In this document: positions 24,459 through 36,400 of the stretch, piece after piece
Layout: every line of letters begins with the position of its first letter
Numbering within the stretch: position 1 is the stretch's first letter
NCBI GenBank assembly: GCA_964199315.1
Contig: OZ116709.1
Location: 2,790,001 to 2,854,000 of the forward strand
Direction of reading: 5' to 3'
DNA: 64,000 nt
Source: Orbicella franksi
Taxonomy: Eukaryota
Notes under the pieces: model-generated
What the model was told of the DNA's origin: nothing
Seen by the model: only the letters and a program-made list of their open reading frames with translations
The model's database searches: none
Translations under genes and position numbers: made by a program

Positions 24459-27400
24459 TTACGACCGGCTTTGCTGCGTTGTGTCCTGTCCAAATGTCTT
24501 GGTTCTAAACACAAATGACACCGTGTTGCCAGCCTCTGTTACAGCATCGTCCTGTCAGAGAGATCGTGTTACGATCTTATTTTGAGACGCTTAAACATAT
24601 CGAGACCATAGGAAAGCTAACAAGGATTGTTATATAGCTGTAGTTTAGTTGAATCTAACGCGCGCTCTTATTGGTAGATTTATGGTCACATGGCAAAGGC
24701 TAAATCTAATTGTCGCCCCGGCGAGCGATAATTACACAAGACTGCTTTTCATGAAGACCGTGTCTAAAAATACTTAAAATTAAGACATTACTTTAAACTG
24801 TGGCGACTTAATTTAGATTTGAAATCGGTCAGTGAAGATGCTTGTCTTAGGTCTATAGATAAGTTGTCCCACAACTGAGCTCCGCTGTACCAAAAACTTC
24901 TCTTAAGATAATCAGTTCGAGGTTGTGGAAGAACTAATTTGTTTTCGGTATTCCTTAATTACTGGTCCCTAGGTAAACAGTTAATTTTGCTTTCCTCGAG
25001 ACCAGTAAATAAGTGGATAAGGTTTAATAGATCATAGGACAGCTAACAATGAAGGTTTTATTTTGTGCGCCAGTGCTCGGCAAGTGAAAGGAACTCATTA
25101 AGAAGGTCGAGTCCCGTGCTTTCATGTTACGGAATAATCTCTGGCGCTGTGGGAGAGTGACCCAAATCTGACTTAGCCTTCAGCTTCAGCAAATGAAATG
25201 CAAATGAAAAAGAAGGGAAGAGAGATCTACTAAGAAAAAGGTGCTTTTCCATTTAGAGTTCATTAAAATTACCCAATAGCAGCACAGCTATCAATGATGT
25301 GAAGGGCTGAGCACCTTTAAACACCAGCCATCTTGGGAAGAATTTAATGTTTATAAAACCTTACTACTGTACCCTTATTCTGCATTACCTCAAAGTCTGA
25401 GCCAGGAATGCTTGGAGATGAAAAGTGCTGCCAATCCATTAATTCTGCTATCGATAGAGTTTTCTAAAAAAAAACGTTTCAGAAAGTAAATTAAACTTGA
25501 TAATTGAAACCCTTGTTTTGCACAAAAAGATATTTCCAGGACTTATAGTGCGACTCGTCAAATTCTACCTCAACTTCGTCTCAGTCCATATAAACACTAC
25601 AAAGAACTCTGTCTGTAAGTGTCACAGATGTACTATACCTCACGCTCGGACAATAACAACTTTTTTATCGGGTAAAGATATTGTTTCCCGACTCTGTAGT
25701 AGACATAACAAGAAACGACCGGGCCCGGTACGGGGATGTTTAGGCACGTGACATGATTCACCCAAGTTCACGTGACAAATAGATTCTCGCCATATTCACT
25801 AGAGAAAGACGCTGTGGCAGCGTCGAAAGCTTGTTATCGTTAGAACATTGACCCTGCCTCGGTATTTCGTTTCGTATTAACTTTTTTTCATCTTTCTCGC
25901 GCGTTTTTCGGCGATTAAATTCACTTATTGTTCACACCTGGCTGCTGTTGTTATCACATCCCAGCTGACAGCGCCTGGTGGCGTGACGGCTTGATTGGTG
26001 ATTGGCTGCTGGCTCTGATTGACATTCCTCGTCACTTTCAACCTTGATAAAAAGCCAACAAAATGTTGTGGTTTAAAATAAACATCTGAAAAACATGTTG
26101 CAAATCATTTTCAATTCTCAATTCTTATAACCCGTTATTGGAATAATCGAAAGCGGTAAGAGTTCTCAAACAAGTTAAAACAAGTTATAACTTGACCCAC
26201 CTCTGACGTCACGCAGTTACACTGCAGGAGGTCGTGTGTAAGACACAAGGTGTTCTCATGTAGCGTGAACAAGTCCTGTGGGATCAAATAACAATCAATT
26301 AATACTAACGACTACGCTCCTTCCGCTAACAAAGAGACTAGGTTTGATTAGAACAGAGTCATTGACGATGGAGCGAAAACACATTGGCAACGACCTCTTT
26401 GTTGATCAAGGGAACAACTTGTGTAGTTTTCGCTTGGTGTCAGTTTAGTTTGCACTGCGTTACATGGTTCGTCACACAATGTTCTTCCCACATTGCGTGA
26501 CGACCCAAAGAGTAGTCTCTTACGCAGCCGTCATTTGGATCGTCATGCAACTTCTCTCTTCCACTAACGTTAGTTGGGGAGGAGAGTTGCTTGACAAACC
26601 AAATAGAGGCGGCGTAAGAGACTAGTCAAATAGCGGCTTAGCCTGGCCTTTGCATTAAATACAAAAACAACCGTAGTTAGTAGCATTAAGTAATTACCTT
26701 AAGATCCTCGCGGGAAAATTCAACTTTTACAGCCTCCTTAGCATCAGCCACTGTTCCACTCAGCCCTTGCTTGGCGGTTTGACGCTGGTATATCTTTTCT
26801 TCAATGGTTCCCTGCATTATTCAATCGAAGTGCTCTATGAGCAAACCCGTGATCGACATGAGCTACCTTTGCGTGAAATGGCATTACTCTTTTCATGAAA
26901 CAGCACCAGTGTTTTAAAAGGATAAAGCAAAGACCAAAGCTCCTTTACTGAAAGAAATGATTCTAACAGTAAAATTTTCCTAAGTGGCAAATTAGAGCCA
27001 GAAAAAAAGGCCTAAAATTAGACATAAGGCGGTTGAGATTAACTCTTCCCCAACAGTGAAAGTGTAGAAATGTTATACCAGCCTGATCTTTATCGTTCTT
27101 TGGCACGTCTGCTGACCGAGTTATTGACACTTAAAATATAGATGCCTTTGAGTAATTACCGTTGTCAAGAGACGATAAATATGAACTGTCTTTTTCTGAC
27201 CATCTCTCCACACTCTTGCCATTGACTGTTGAGTAAACAAAAACATGAATGAGGTCACTGAGACAAGTGGGAGAGGCTTAAGAATGCAGAAGACAAAAAT
27301 ACTGGAAGATAGAGCAGATGTATTGGCACGCTCTCATGTGAGGTGCCAACTGGGAAGCTGAAGCAGTTTTGCCACATGCGAAAAATTACAAATACAAACG

Positions 27401-30400
27401 AATACAAATCTTTATTCAAACCTGTATATCATTGGCTGGATTCCAGTCAATATCAAAGAGGACAAGCCTCGATGCTCCAATCAGATTCAATCCCACTCCA
27501 CCAGCTTTAGAACTCAACAGAAATACAACTGTACCACAAAAGAGAAAGCAGACATGTCAACACTGAGTTTATGAGGTCAATGTATTACAGAGAAGCTTTC
27601 CCACTGAAAAGCGTGGAGACAGTGTGTACTGAAGCCTTTTTCAACTTTTATTGGACTACTAGTAAGGATTGGGACGAGATATGGGCGCAGCGTCCATACC
27701 GGCCTTTTGCGTTCGGGTTCACGGACAAATACTCGTCTGACCCTGAGAGAAAAGAACGGCTGACAGCAGTCTAACCTTTATGGATCGGGGCATATATATA
27801 TATTTTTATGTTTATTTGTGTTTCATGCATACACATGGATTTAACAACTTGACTAGGGGTAGTGTGCACTGAACGAGGGTGACGTCCACTATTTTGCTGT
27901 GAACACGACTATGTACAGAGGGACCAGTAACATGAAACTTCGTTTTCACATCTATAAAGACATTCAATGTTATTAGTCATTAGAAATACTAATTTTGTTG
28001 TATAATCTGTCTTAGGGTTTCAAACGCTGAGGAGCATGTCCTCTCCTAACACCAAGACTTCATACTCTTCAACCCCGCAATCCTAAAGTCTTGAAACGAA
28101 AAATAGTGAGGGCCTCCGGGGGGTTTTGGAGAACAAGGGAACATGATCATTTATTTCAAGGGAACAGTGATATTTTTTCAATTATTTGAGGGAACAAGGG
28201 AGAAAAAGTGAAATTTTCAAGGGATCAAGGGAGCATGCTACCCCCCTTCCACCTTGGGAGGCCCTTAATAGTTCGAGATGTCGGGGGTTCGAGATAGCTG
28301 ATGGTAAGTGACTGAAAAAGTATATCCACGGGAAAATGAATTGTGTTCCAAATAGCGGGGAGCTGGAGATAGCGAGGTCAGTCTACTGTGTGTACAACTC
28401 TTAGTCCTCTAGCTACAGCTGCAATTAGGCACAATAAGAGTTAGAACATTTTTGCAGATCGGACATTTTCGAACCGAGTTCCGTACGTCCCTTGACGAAA
28501 GAAACACCTTTTTCGTCAATAGCCACCCCCACCCCCACACCCTCTATCAATTTTGAAGCACAGTTTGACGGCGCTGTCACGTGGTTACATCATTGGAAAG
28601 GGGGGAGGGGCGAAATATGAGGAGTGTAGGTAGGACAAATTACATTTGGACAGAAAAAGTTTTTTTTCTGGGCAGTGTCTCGACTACCTTTACCCCCGAT
28701 TGTCTGGATTATAATTTGAAAAGTAAGAAGCATACTCGGCGTTCTCATTTAGGAAAACTCAAAGTCCGGATTCAGCATCGTGCTGCCGCTGACGCAAAGC
28801 CTCGTATCGCGCTTTTAAAGTGAAATTATTACGTTACAAAGGGTTACACTAAGGATTACACTAAGGATTTAACAACACTTACAGATTTTGCAGTGCTTAT
28901 CATTGAAACGATCCACCAGTGATTGTCGTTTGCTTGTCGGTGTCTTACCATCCAGTCGAAGGAATTCATAACTTCTGTTCTCACAGAACTTTTGAAGTAA
29001 ATCAAGAGTCTGTGGAGCGAAAATGAAAACAAAAACAGAGAATCTACGAAAACAAGCCTTTCTCAAGGCATGCATTTCCAGGCTGAACAGATCCAGTTGT
29101 AGCTGGAAAATGACTGAGCACACTGGATCATGAAGAGACTGTAAAATTAGACTAATAAAGACTACAGCTGAGATTAAATGACAAGAACACATGACAAGAC
29201 TCGAAACAGAACTGTAATAAAACTACCAACGTACAGCAAAATCCCCGTTAAAACGAACAAAATCCAGAAATACAAACGCAAAATCTACCGCGATATAGCG
29301 ATAAAATGTCATCACGCAACTTTATTCGAATTGCGAAACAGATCAAGAAAGATTAAAGTCCTTCCATGCACGATCATGGTCCCCTTGTAAAAGGCTCTAC
29401 ATTCCGAATTTTCCACCGACAGATCATTCACTATATATCTGCCGCCTTAGAACACTATCTCAAAGGCATGCAAAGTGGTGTAACATTGTAATTGAAGGCA
29501 ACATGACAAAGATCATGGTTGTTTTAAAACAATCTCCTAGTGCGTAATGGTTAGAAACTATTTTTACCTGAGTGTAATTTGACACAAGCACCACTCTCTC
29601 TCCCTCGCGGTGTATCTGAGCCAGTATGTGACTAAGAACTTGAAATTTTCCTGAATGGTTTGTGGTGAAGTGGTCAGGATTGTAATCCTTGGGAAACGAA
29701 CGATCAAGGCCTTCAAACAAAGACGTGTCCTGAGTGTGAACAAATGATTAAAAGAAATAAAATCAGTATAAAAAGTATTACAACGGTTTAAAACGTATTA
29801 ACAAGACTAAAAAGTTAATTAGGGGGAAAGCGTCTCAGGATCCTGACAGCGACGCCACGTGAAGAAACCATTGTGAGAATGTTTGGAGTTGACGTAGAAG
29901 ACTGCCAGCAGCTCCAGTAGCTGTAGCCCTGCCGGTACAAGATCATCCTCCGCAGCGTCATCGAACAGGTTTATCACCTCAGATGAAAACCGCGAGGGCA
30001 GTTATAAGAAAAATAGCGCAGGTAAACCTCGCAGGGAGTCGGATTGAAGCAAAAAAGAGCGGCACCTCTATGAGCAGAAGGCGTGGGGAATAGCGGTTTG
30101 AGGGCAAATGGAGAATGTTTAGAAAAGCGGAAAGCAGCAGAAGCTCGCACACAAGACTTTCGTTTTCGCGCTCATTCCACATTTTAAGTCGCTTGCACAA
30201 GACAGCGTCTCAGGGACGACAAGTGCATGAAACGGACTGCATTTCCTCGTCGGATGTTATTTTCTTCTGCTTGGCTCGCGTAGTCTAGCGCTACAGAACG
30301 GGCGGTCCCGCGCGAACAACCAAAAGTTCCTCATGAATCCTGTCAGCCTGTACGTTATTCCCGCGTTATTCCCGCAGCAAAGAAACCCCCCTCCCCCCCC

Positions 30401-33400
30401 CCCAAACCTAGCAGCCATCAAAAAAGGACGTTAACGCCACAAAAAGAGCTCCCTAAATTTGATAACCAAATTGTTTCACTTACGCACCCACAGAGTACAA
30501 AAGTTTCTTTACAACCTATCCTTTCTTAATCTATATTTAACAAATAAAGAAGCCTAGGCCGTGTATTACACTGTGATAAAACACGACGGGCATTTGAGAA
30601 CACGAGGGAAATGTAGAAAACACTCGCCTGCGGCTCGTGTTTTCTACATTTCTCGAGTGTTCTCAAATGCCCATAGTGTTTTATCCCAGTGTAATACACG
30701 GCTTAGGCCTCTTCATTTGCTTTATGATATACGGGTAATGTGGCGACAAACAATAAAACACGCTTTTCTATGTTTTATACTCTGATAAAACATGGGTTTT
30801 CGACCAATCAGAGCACGCGCAGGGTCCTATCTATATTATAATTCAAGTTATGAGGACAAACATTCCATCTCTTTAGGCTACTACTAAATCAACATCCAAA
30901 CGTAAAGCTTAGCCTGAAATGACACACGAAACTCACCTCATCCATGTCCCAACTGTCAGCTATCTCTTTTGCCTCTTGGCATTGTGAATAAATGAGGCTG
31001 GGATCATTGCACAGTTTTTTTAAAGCACCAATGCACACCAAGTGTCGTGACCCTCCAAAGGAATATGACGTCAGACATGACCGCACAGCACGCGATGTAA
31101 GAAGATGGCGATACAGTGAAAGCTGAAGAAGACTGGGCCGACAGAACACGACTGATTCCACTGAGAGGAAGCAAGCGAACAAAGAAGTGACAAGCTATGA
31201 GTTAGCAAATATCTCTGACTGTCTATAAACCGCACTGACGCACACTCGTTGGGGGAGACTAGTTTTATAAGCTGCCATAAAGTTCTCCCGTTCCACCGTA
31301 AAACCAAGGCGGGGTAACAGGAAAAAGTTGCCTGAGTGTGGGTTAACCAATCACAGTAGCGAGATTTTCTTTCCAAAAGCCATTAAGAAAGATGGTGTTC
31401 GCGCTACATTTCTAGATCACTAGATGACAAAAATGTTTTTCTTATCTTATCTCTATTTAAAGGACTCGGACTACTCACAGGTTTTGCTAATATTGTAATA
31501 AGTACTTTACTTTTTTAATATTGTCAAGTGCTTAACGTTATCGTTAATGCGCTTACCTTTAGGAGGAAGATAGCGGCTGTTGACCTCTGCTGTCCGCCTC
31601 AAGAAAAACAAACTCGTCAACCTATTGAGCTAAGATACGAGAAAAAAGACAAGGAAAAAAATCTGTGAGCGAATTCATCTATTACCGAAACAGTATCGGG
31701 GATCGAAACGCCCAAAAGTTAAACTGCGTCAAAGAAACGAGTTTGTAGCTGCAGGGAACGTTTTCTAATCATGTACGATTCTAGGTCCAAACTGGCATTT
31801 TCAACCTAGAATATAAACTCAATCAACTGAATGCAGTAAAGTTTATTTTAATGTTAGTTTTGAGAATTTATCGGTGGATCAAGACAATATCCACTGATTG
31901 ATGATTATCTCTATTCTCATGTCCTCGTCGCTTCACGATATATGATACTGTAAGGAGAAAATAGCGGTTGATAGCTGTTGATTACCTCAGCAGCTCTAAA
32001 TTGACCCAGTAGTTTCTCCTCACTACTGGCATCAGGTTGCTGTCCCCGGACAATGGGTTCGTCGTACAACCGGCGAAAAGATGATTGTGTACCTAAAGAA
32101 ACAGGTATAACCATTAAACATACCAGTGGTGGATCTGGGAAATGGGCAGAGGAGTGTCGGGCACACACCCCTCCACCCTCCCCCACCTCCTATCTTTAGC
32201 TAAAAAATACGAGGGCCGAAGTGCTCTAAAATGTTCGACTTGTTGGGGTCTTTCTTCAGTCCCTGCCCCTTTTCGAGCAAGAATGGGCTCACTTTGACTC
32301 AAAGTTCCTGCCCCCATTTCCCCGCTCCACTCTCTGAATCCGTCAATCCGTCCTTTATCATTGTCTCGCTAACTCGCTAAATTCGTCGCGACCTTTGCTT
32401 TAAGCGCTTCTAATTTCCCGAATATCAAGTCAGCCATATGGAATGAAAATCACTGCCTTGTTCATGTCTAGTTTTTGTTGTTTTTGTTTTGTCACTCCAT
32501 CACTGGGTAAGCTGTGTTAACAACCTGAGGAAAACTTGAACAATGGTAAACGGTGCTATTATGACAAGAGGAAAGCCGCGACACGTCATTTTTCCTTTCC
32601 ATGCACAAATATGACACTAAGGAAGGCCTGATAATCAGGCTAAGATGAAACGTACCAAGAATCCCTGGATTACACACATCGATGAGTGAATGAAATTCTT
32701 TGAGGTCATTCTGTATGTCAAAGAAAGAATAGAAATGAAATAAACAGTTTGACCGTCTCCTCCTGTACTTATACCTGGTACAAGTGTGTAGGCTTGGGGT
32801 GAACCTAATGTAGTCGTCATTACTTACGGCAGTTAACTCTGAATCAGATTAGCAAAATACACGGGTTAGCTTCTTCAAGACAAAATTAGAACGTGAGAGA
32901 TAAACTGATAGTCTTGATCAGGAGAAAATAGCGGCCAACCTGCACTGGAGTTCCCGTAAGAAGAATCCGCCGCTTTGTCTTGAGCCCAGAAATCATCTGC
33001 AAGATGAAATAAAATCAAACTGATGCCCCACGAATCTTTTATTCCAAAGTGTGGGGATAGGATATCCTATTTTAAACAGCGGAATCAGAGAAAGAAGAAA
33101 AGCTAACAAAATTCCCAGAACTCACCGTAGCAGTTTTAATCGCGGTGTTTTTCAACCTGTGTGCCTCATCACAGATAACGAGTCCAAATTTGATGTCTCT
33201 GACTTCTTCTACTGAGCGTAGGAACATCTCATAGCTGATAATCATCACTGGATAAAGAGGACTGTTGATAAACTCCTGCAATAAACATTTAAAACTGTTA
33301 GATTAAGGCTGCGGTAGGATGACTCACCTACCACTACCATAGCCACTACCACTAGAATCATCTCGAAACTCGAAAGATGGACAGCCAGAGTCCAGTTCGG

Positions 33401-36400
33401 TGGGGAGGTGGATTTTTCATGTCCGCCGTCAGCTTTGGTATGAAATCCAAGAACGAGAGAACACTCGCCAGAAATACCTGTATTCAAACCTACGTTGTCT
33501 ACAAGAAATGCTCTGCTGTACTTTTTCAGGGAACAGTAGTTTGGAAATTTTCTGCCAACACCTTGAGCTGAACCACAATTCTTCACCTTGACTCTCTTGT
33601 CGGAGTTGACAGTATAGACTTTCAGCCTCTCGTTACCAAGCCACTTGCGGAACTCAGAACTCCAATTCTGGAAACGGCAAGAAAGAAAGAATTTAGCCAC
33701 GAAAAACCTTTCAACAACGTTCAGTAACTGACAGTAACAAAATAAGTAAAGAAGGCCTTTAGTAATGTGTCGAATGTCATCAATTATTGGTGACACAGTA
33801 AAAAGTAAACTTAAAAATACAATGGATAAAATATGCCATCCTGATATTTTTTTTCTTGGTTTTGTTCTAATCTAAAACGAAACTAATCATATGATACAGT
33901 TAAATCCCGCTAATTCGAGTATATTAAATTAGTCTTGGTACAAAATACCTTGACGAGACTTCCTGGTGTTATAATGAGTGTTCGCTTGATTGAAGGATGT
34001 CCACCGTACACGCCTTGTTTATGAAGCGTCCTGTTGTAAAACATCTCTTGAAAATCAATTTAACTTGTACGAGTATTGCAGAATATAAAAAAGAATTTCA
34101 AGAGCGTCGGCAAAATTACGGCGGAATATCTAAGTGCACGGTTTTGTTTAATCAGAGCGCGACGCGAACGCGAAACTTAAAATATTTGTCATCCACACCA
34201 GTGACCAACCTGTCTCACTCCCACCAAAAAATTGCAAAGTGGTGCAAGGCCTGTACACACCTATAACAAGAAAAGGAGTTCTTCGACAAATAAGAAAACT
34301 AGCAGTCTTACCATATCAAAGAAATGCACTGAAGAGTTTTACCCAGTCCCATATCGTCCCTAAACACAGAAAAAAGAAAACAGTTTCAGTATCAGGATGA
34401 AATACCGATAGCGTTACAATGTTCGTGACGATGCATTAATTTTAAAGTGTACTTTAGTAGTTAAGTAACGTTACCAGCCAAAAGCGCGCGAAATAGCCAG
34501 CCAGCAAGACATTCCCACGTCACGACCATGAAGCTATTTCGCGCGCGGTTTGGCACAGCAAACGTTGTAATCAATTTTCGACTGCTGATGGAATTCTTGT
34601 AGAAGATTCCTACGTGATCCCTGAAAACTGAGTAAGCAGGTGTTTGCTCTGAAAGCTAAACGTTCCGATTTGTTCACTTAGCTCCTAATCCAAGCGGAAA
34701 TGTAGCCTTTTAGAGCCAAAGATATGACTAATTTTCTCCGCCCTTCAGTTCCTTTTCTGATCGGTTTATTCAGTTTAGTAATCAGAATTTTGAGTCAATC
34801 AAGAGCAAATAGTATTTGGGTTGCACACTTCCTTTCACCAATCCATCACTTTTAACCGTTATATCGATTTATTTTTGCCTTTTCACACCTTAAGGATTGT
34901 GGGGTTGTTTTTGGATTCAACGCATTTAGTGGAAACACGTCATACCTCAGCGTACAGTCGTTTAGTGCAAAGACTTGCAAACAAAAACCCCGGCCCACTA
35001 AGTCTGATAATACTCACGCTAAAACTGCACCGTTTCCGTTGAAATTCCTTAACCCCATCACACACTCGTAAAGGAACACCACACCTTCCCTCTGATGGGG
35101 CCTCAGATGCTGCGACAAATGTGGGTCCACCACAACGTCTATGATATCCAGTCCCCCTTGATTGTGTTCGAGCTGTGTTAGGAATGAACAAAGTGCTACA
35201 AGTTAAGTGAAAACTAAACAAAGTGAGCCACTAAGGCAATCGTTAGTACACTGCCATATGTACATGTAAAATACTTCAACAGCGTAAGGGTCCGAAAGTA
35301 AGAAATAAAATTTCGTAGTTGTTCGCAAATCTCGAAAGTAACACACCCCCAAAAATAGCGGCCTCAAACGCAACTTTACTTTTCAGATACGAAACAACAG
35401 ATAAAACAAGCCTTTAATAAACTTATCTAGTTTTTCATTTAAGATAAGATGGGCGTTACTGTGTTCAATACGACGATGAATAATTTTCAACATGTTTTAT
35501 AGACTTTCTCGAAGTCCTCTCGTTCCTCTTCGCCGCCATCTTCGCACACGAGTTTTGAGCGTCGCGGACATTTCTCTCGCAACGAACTTGGAGTTCGAGC
35601 TCGACTAGTGAGCAAGTCCACTAAGTTTACTATATGGTCCAGAGACTGACCGCCTTAAATTTTTATCATGCAGTTGCAAACCCCCGAAAGTCAAACTAAC
35701 GATAGCAAAACGCTGCTAAATCCGAAAATACCGAGGGAAATTACCTACAGGACTTTACGGTAGTTTGGCGAGTTGATAGAGGAATTACGTAATCGCCATG
35801 GAAGGCGATGCAACTGACGTTTCGAACGTAAGCTCTTCATCAAAGCAAATTCAGAAGTTTGAACAGCGGTTACCTGATGAGAAGCACTGGGCCGAGGCAT
35901 GACAAGAGCTCCAGGGGAGTTGACGTCATGACGTGACGTCACAGCTTTCCGGGTTTCCGCTTTCACATCTGTCTTCACGTTGCAAACGAAAGGCTTGTGC
36001 AAACCTTGGTAAAGAATGCAACATGGAAGTTTTAGGAAAACGTTTGGTGAAATTTAAATGAGTTTGGTTTATGAGGTCGTCACACTATACGGGACATGTT
36101 GCGGGAACATGAAGGCGATTTTGGTTCATTTCTATGTTGTATCATGAACAGTTTGCAAGAGCAGTGCAAACAATGCGATTTGAAAATTAAGGTCATTATT
36201 TCACTGTTTCATGGAGCACGAATTCAAATCCGCTGAATTTCATGCAACATGTTACGGTGACAAAATTTTGTTCCGGCAACGGAATTTTTCCGCAAAAACG
36301 GACATGTCATGAGAGAAAAACTGTCCGTGCAACATGTTCCCTAGTGAATGTCGACCTATGGAGTCTTCGAATGCCCTTCCCACAATCAACCACATCTAGC

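Noticed and set aside
27310-27774. Long plus-strand frame with one stop, including ORF 27571-27774
   Set aside because: Its 5' part is the antisense shadow of RAD54B exon 27528-27422; the rest is intronic repeat-like sequence with no recognisable motif.
29820-30220. GC-richer stretch with 11-bp direct repeat AGCGTCTCAGG and partial open frames
   Set aside because: RAD54B joins in frame without it; no recognisable product; probably a repeat fragment.
35475-35545. AAGATGGCGGCG with a short minus-strand ORF, as a possible RAD54B start
   Set aside because: The ORF stops after 16 codons; the true start MRRSAAPS is at 43322.
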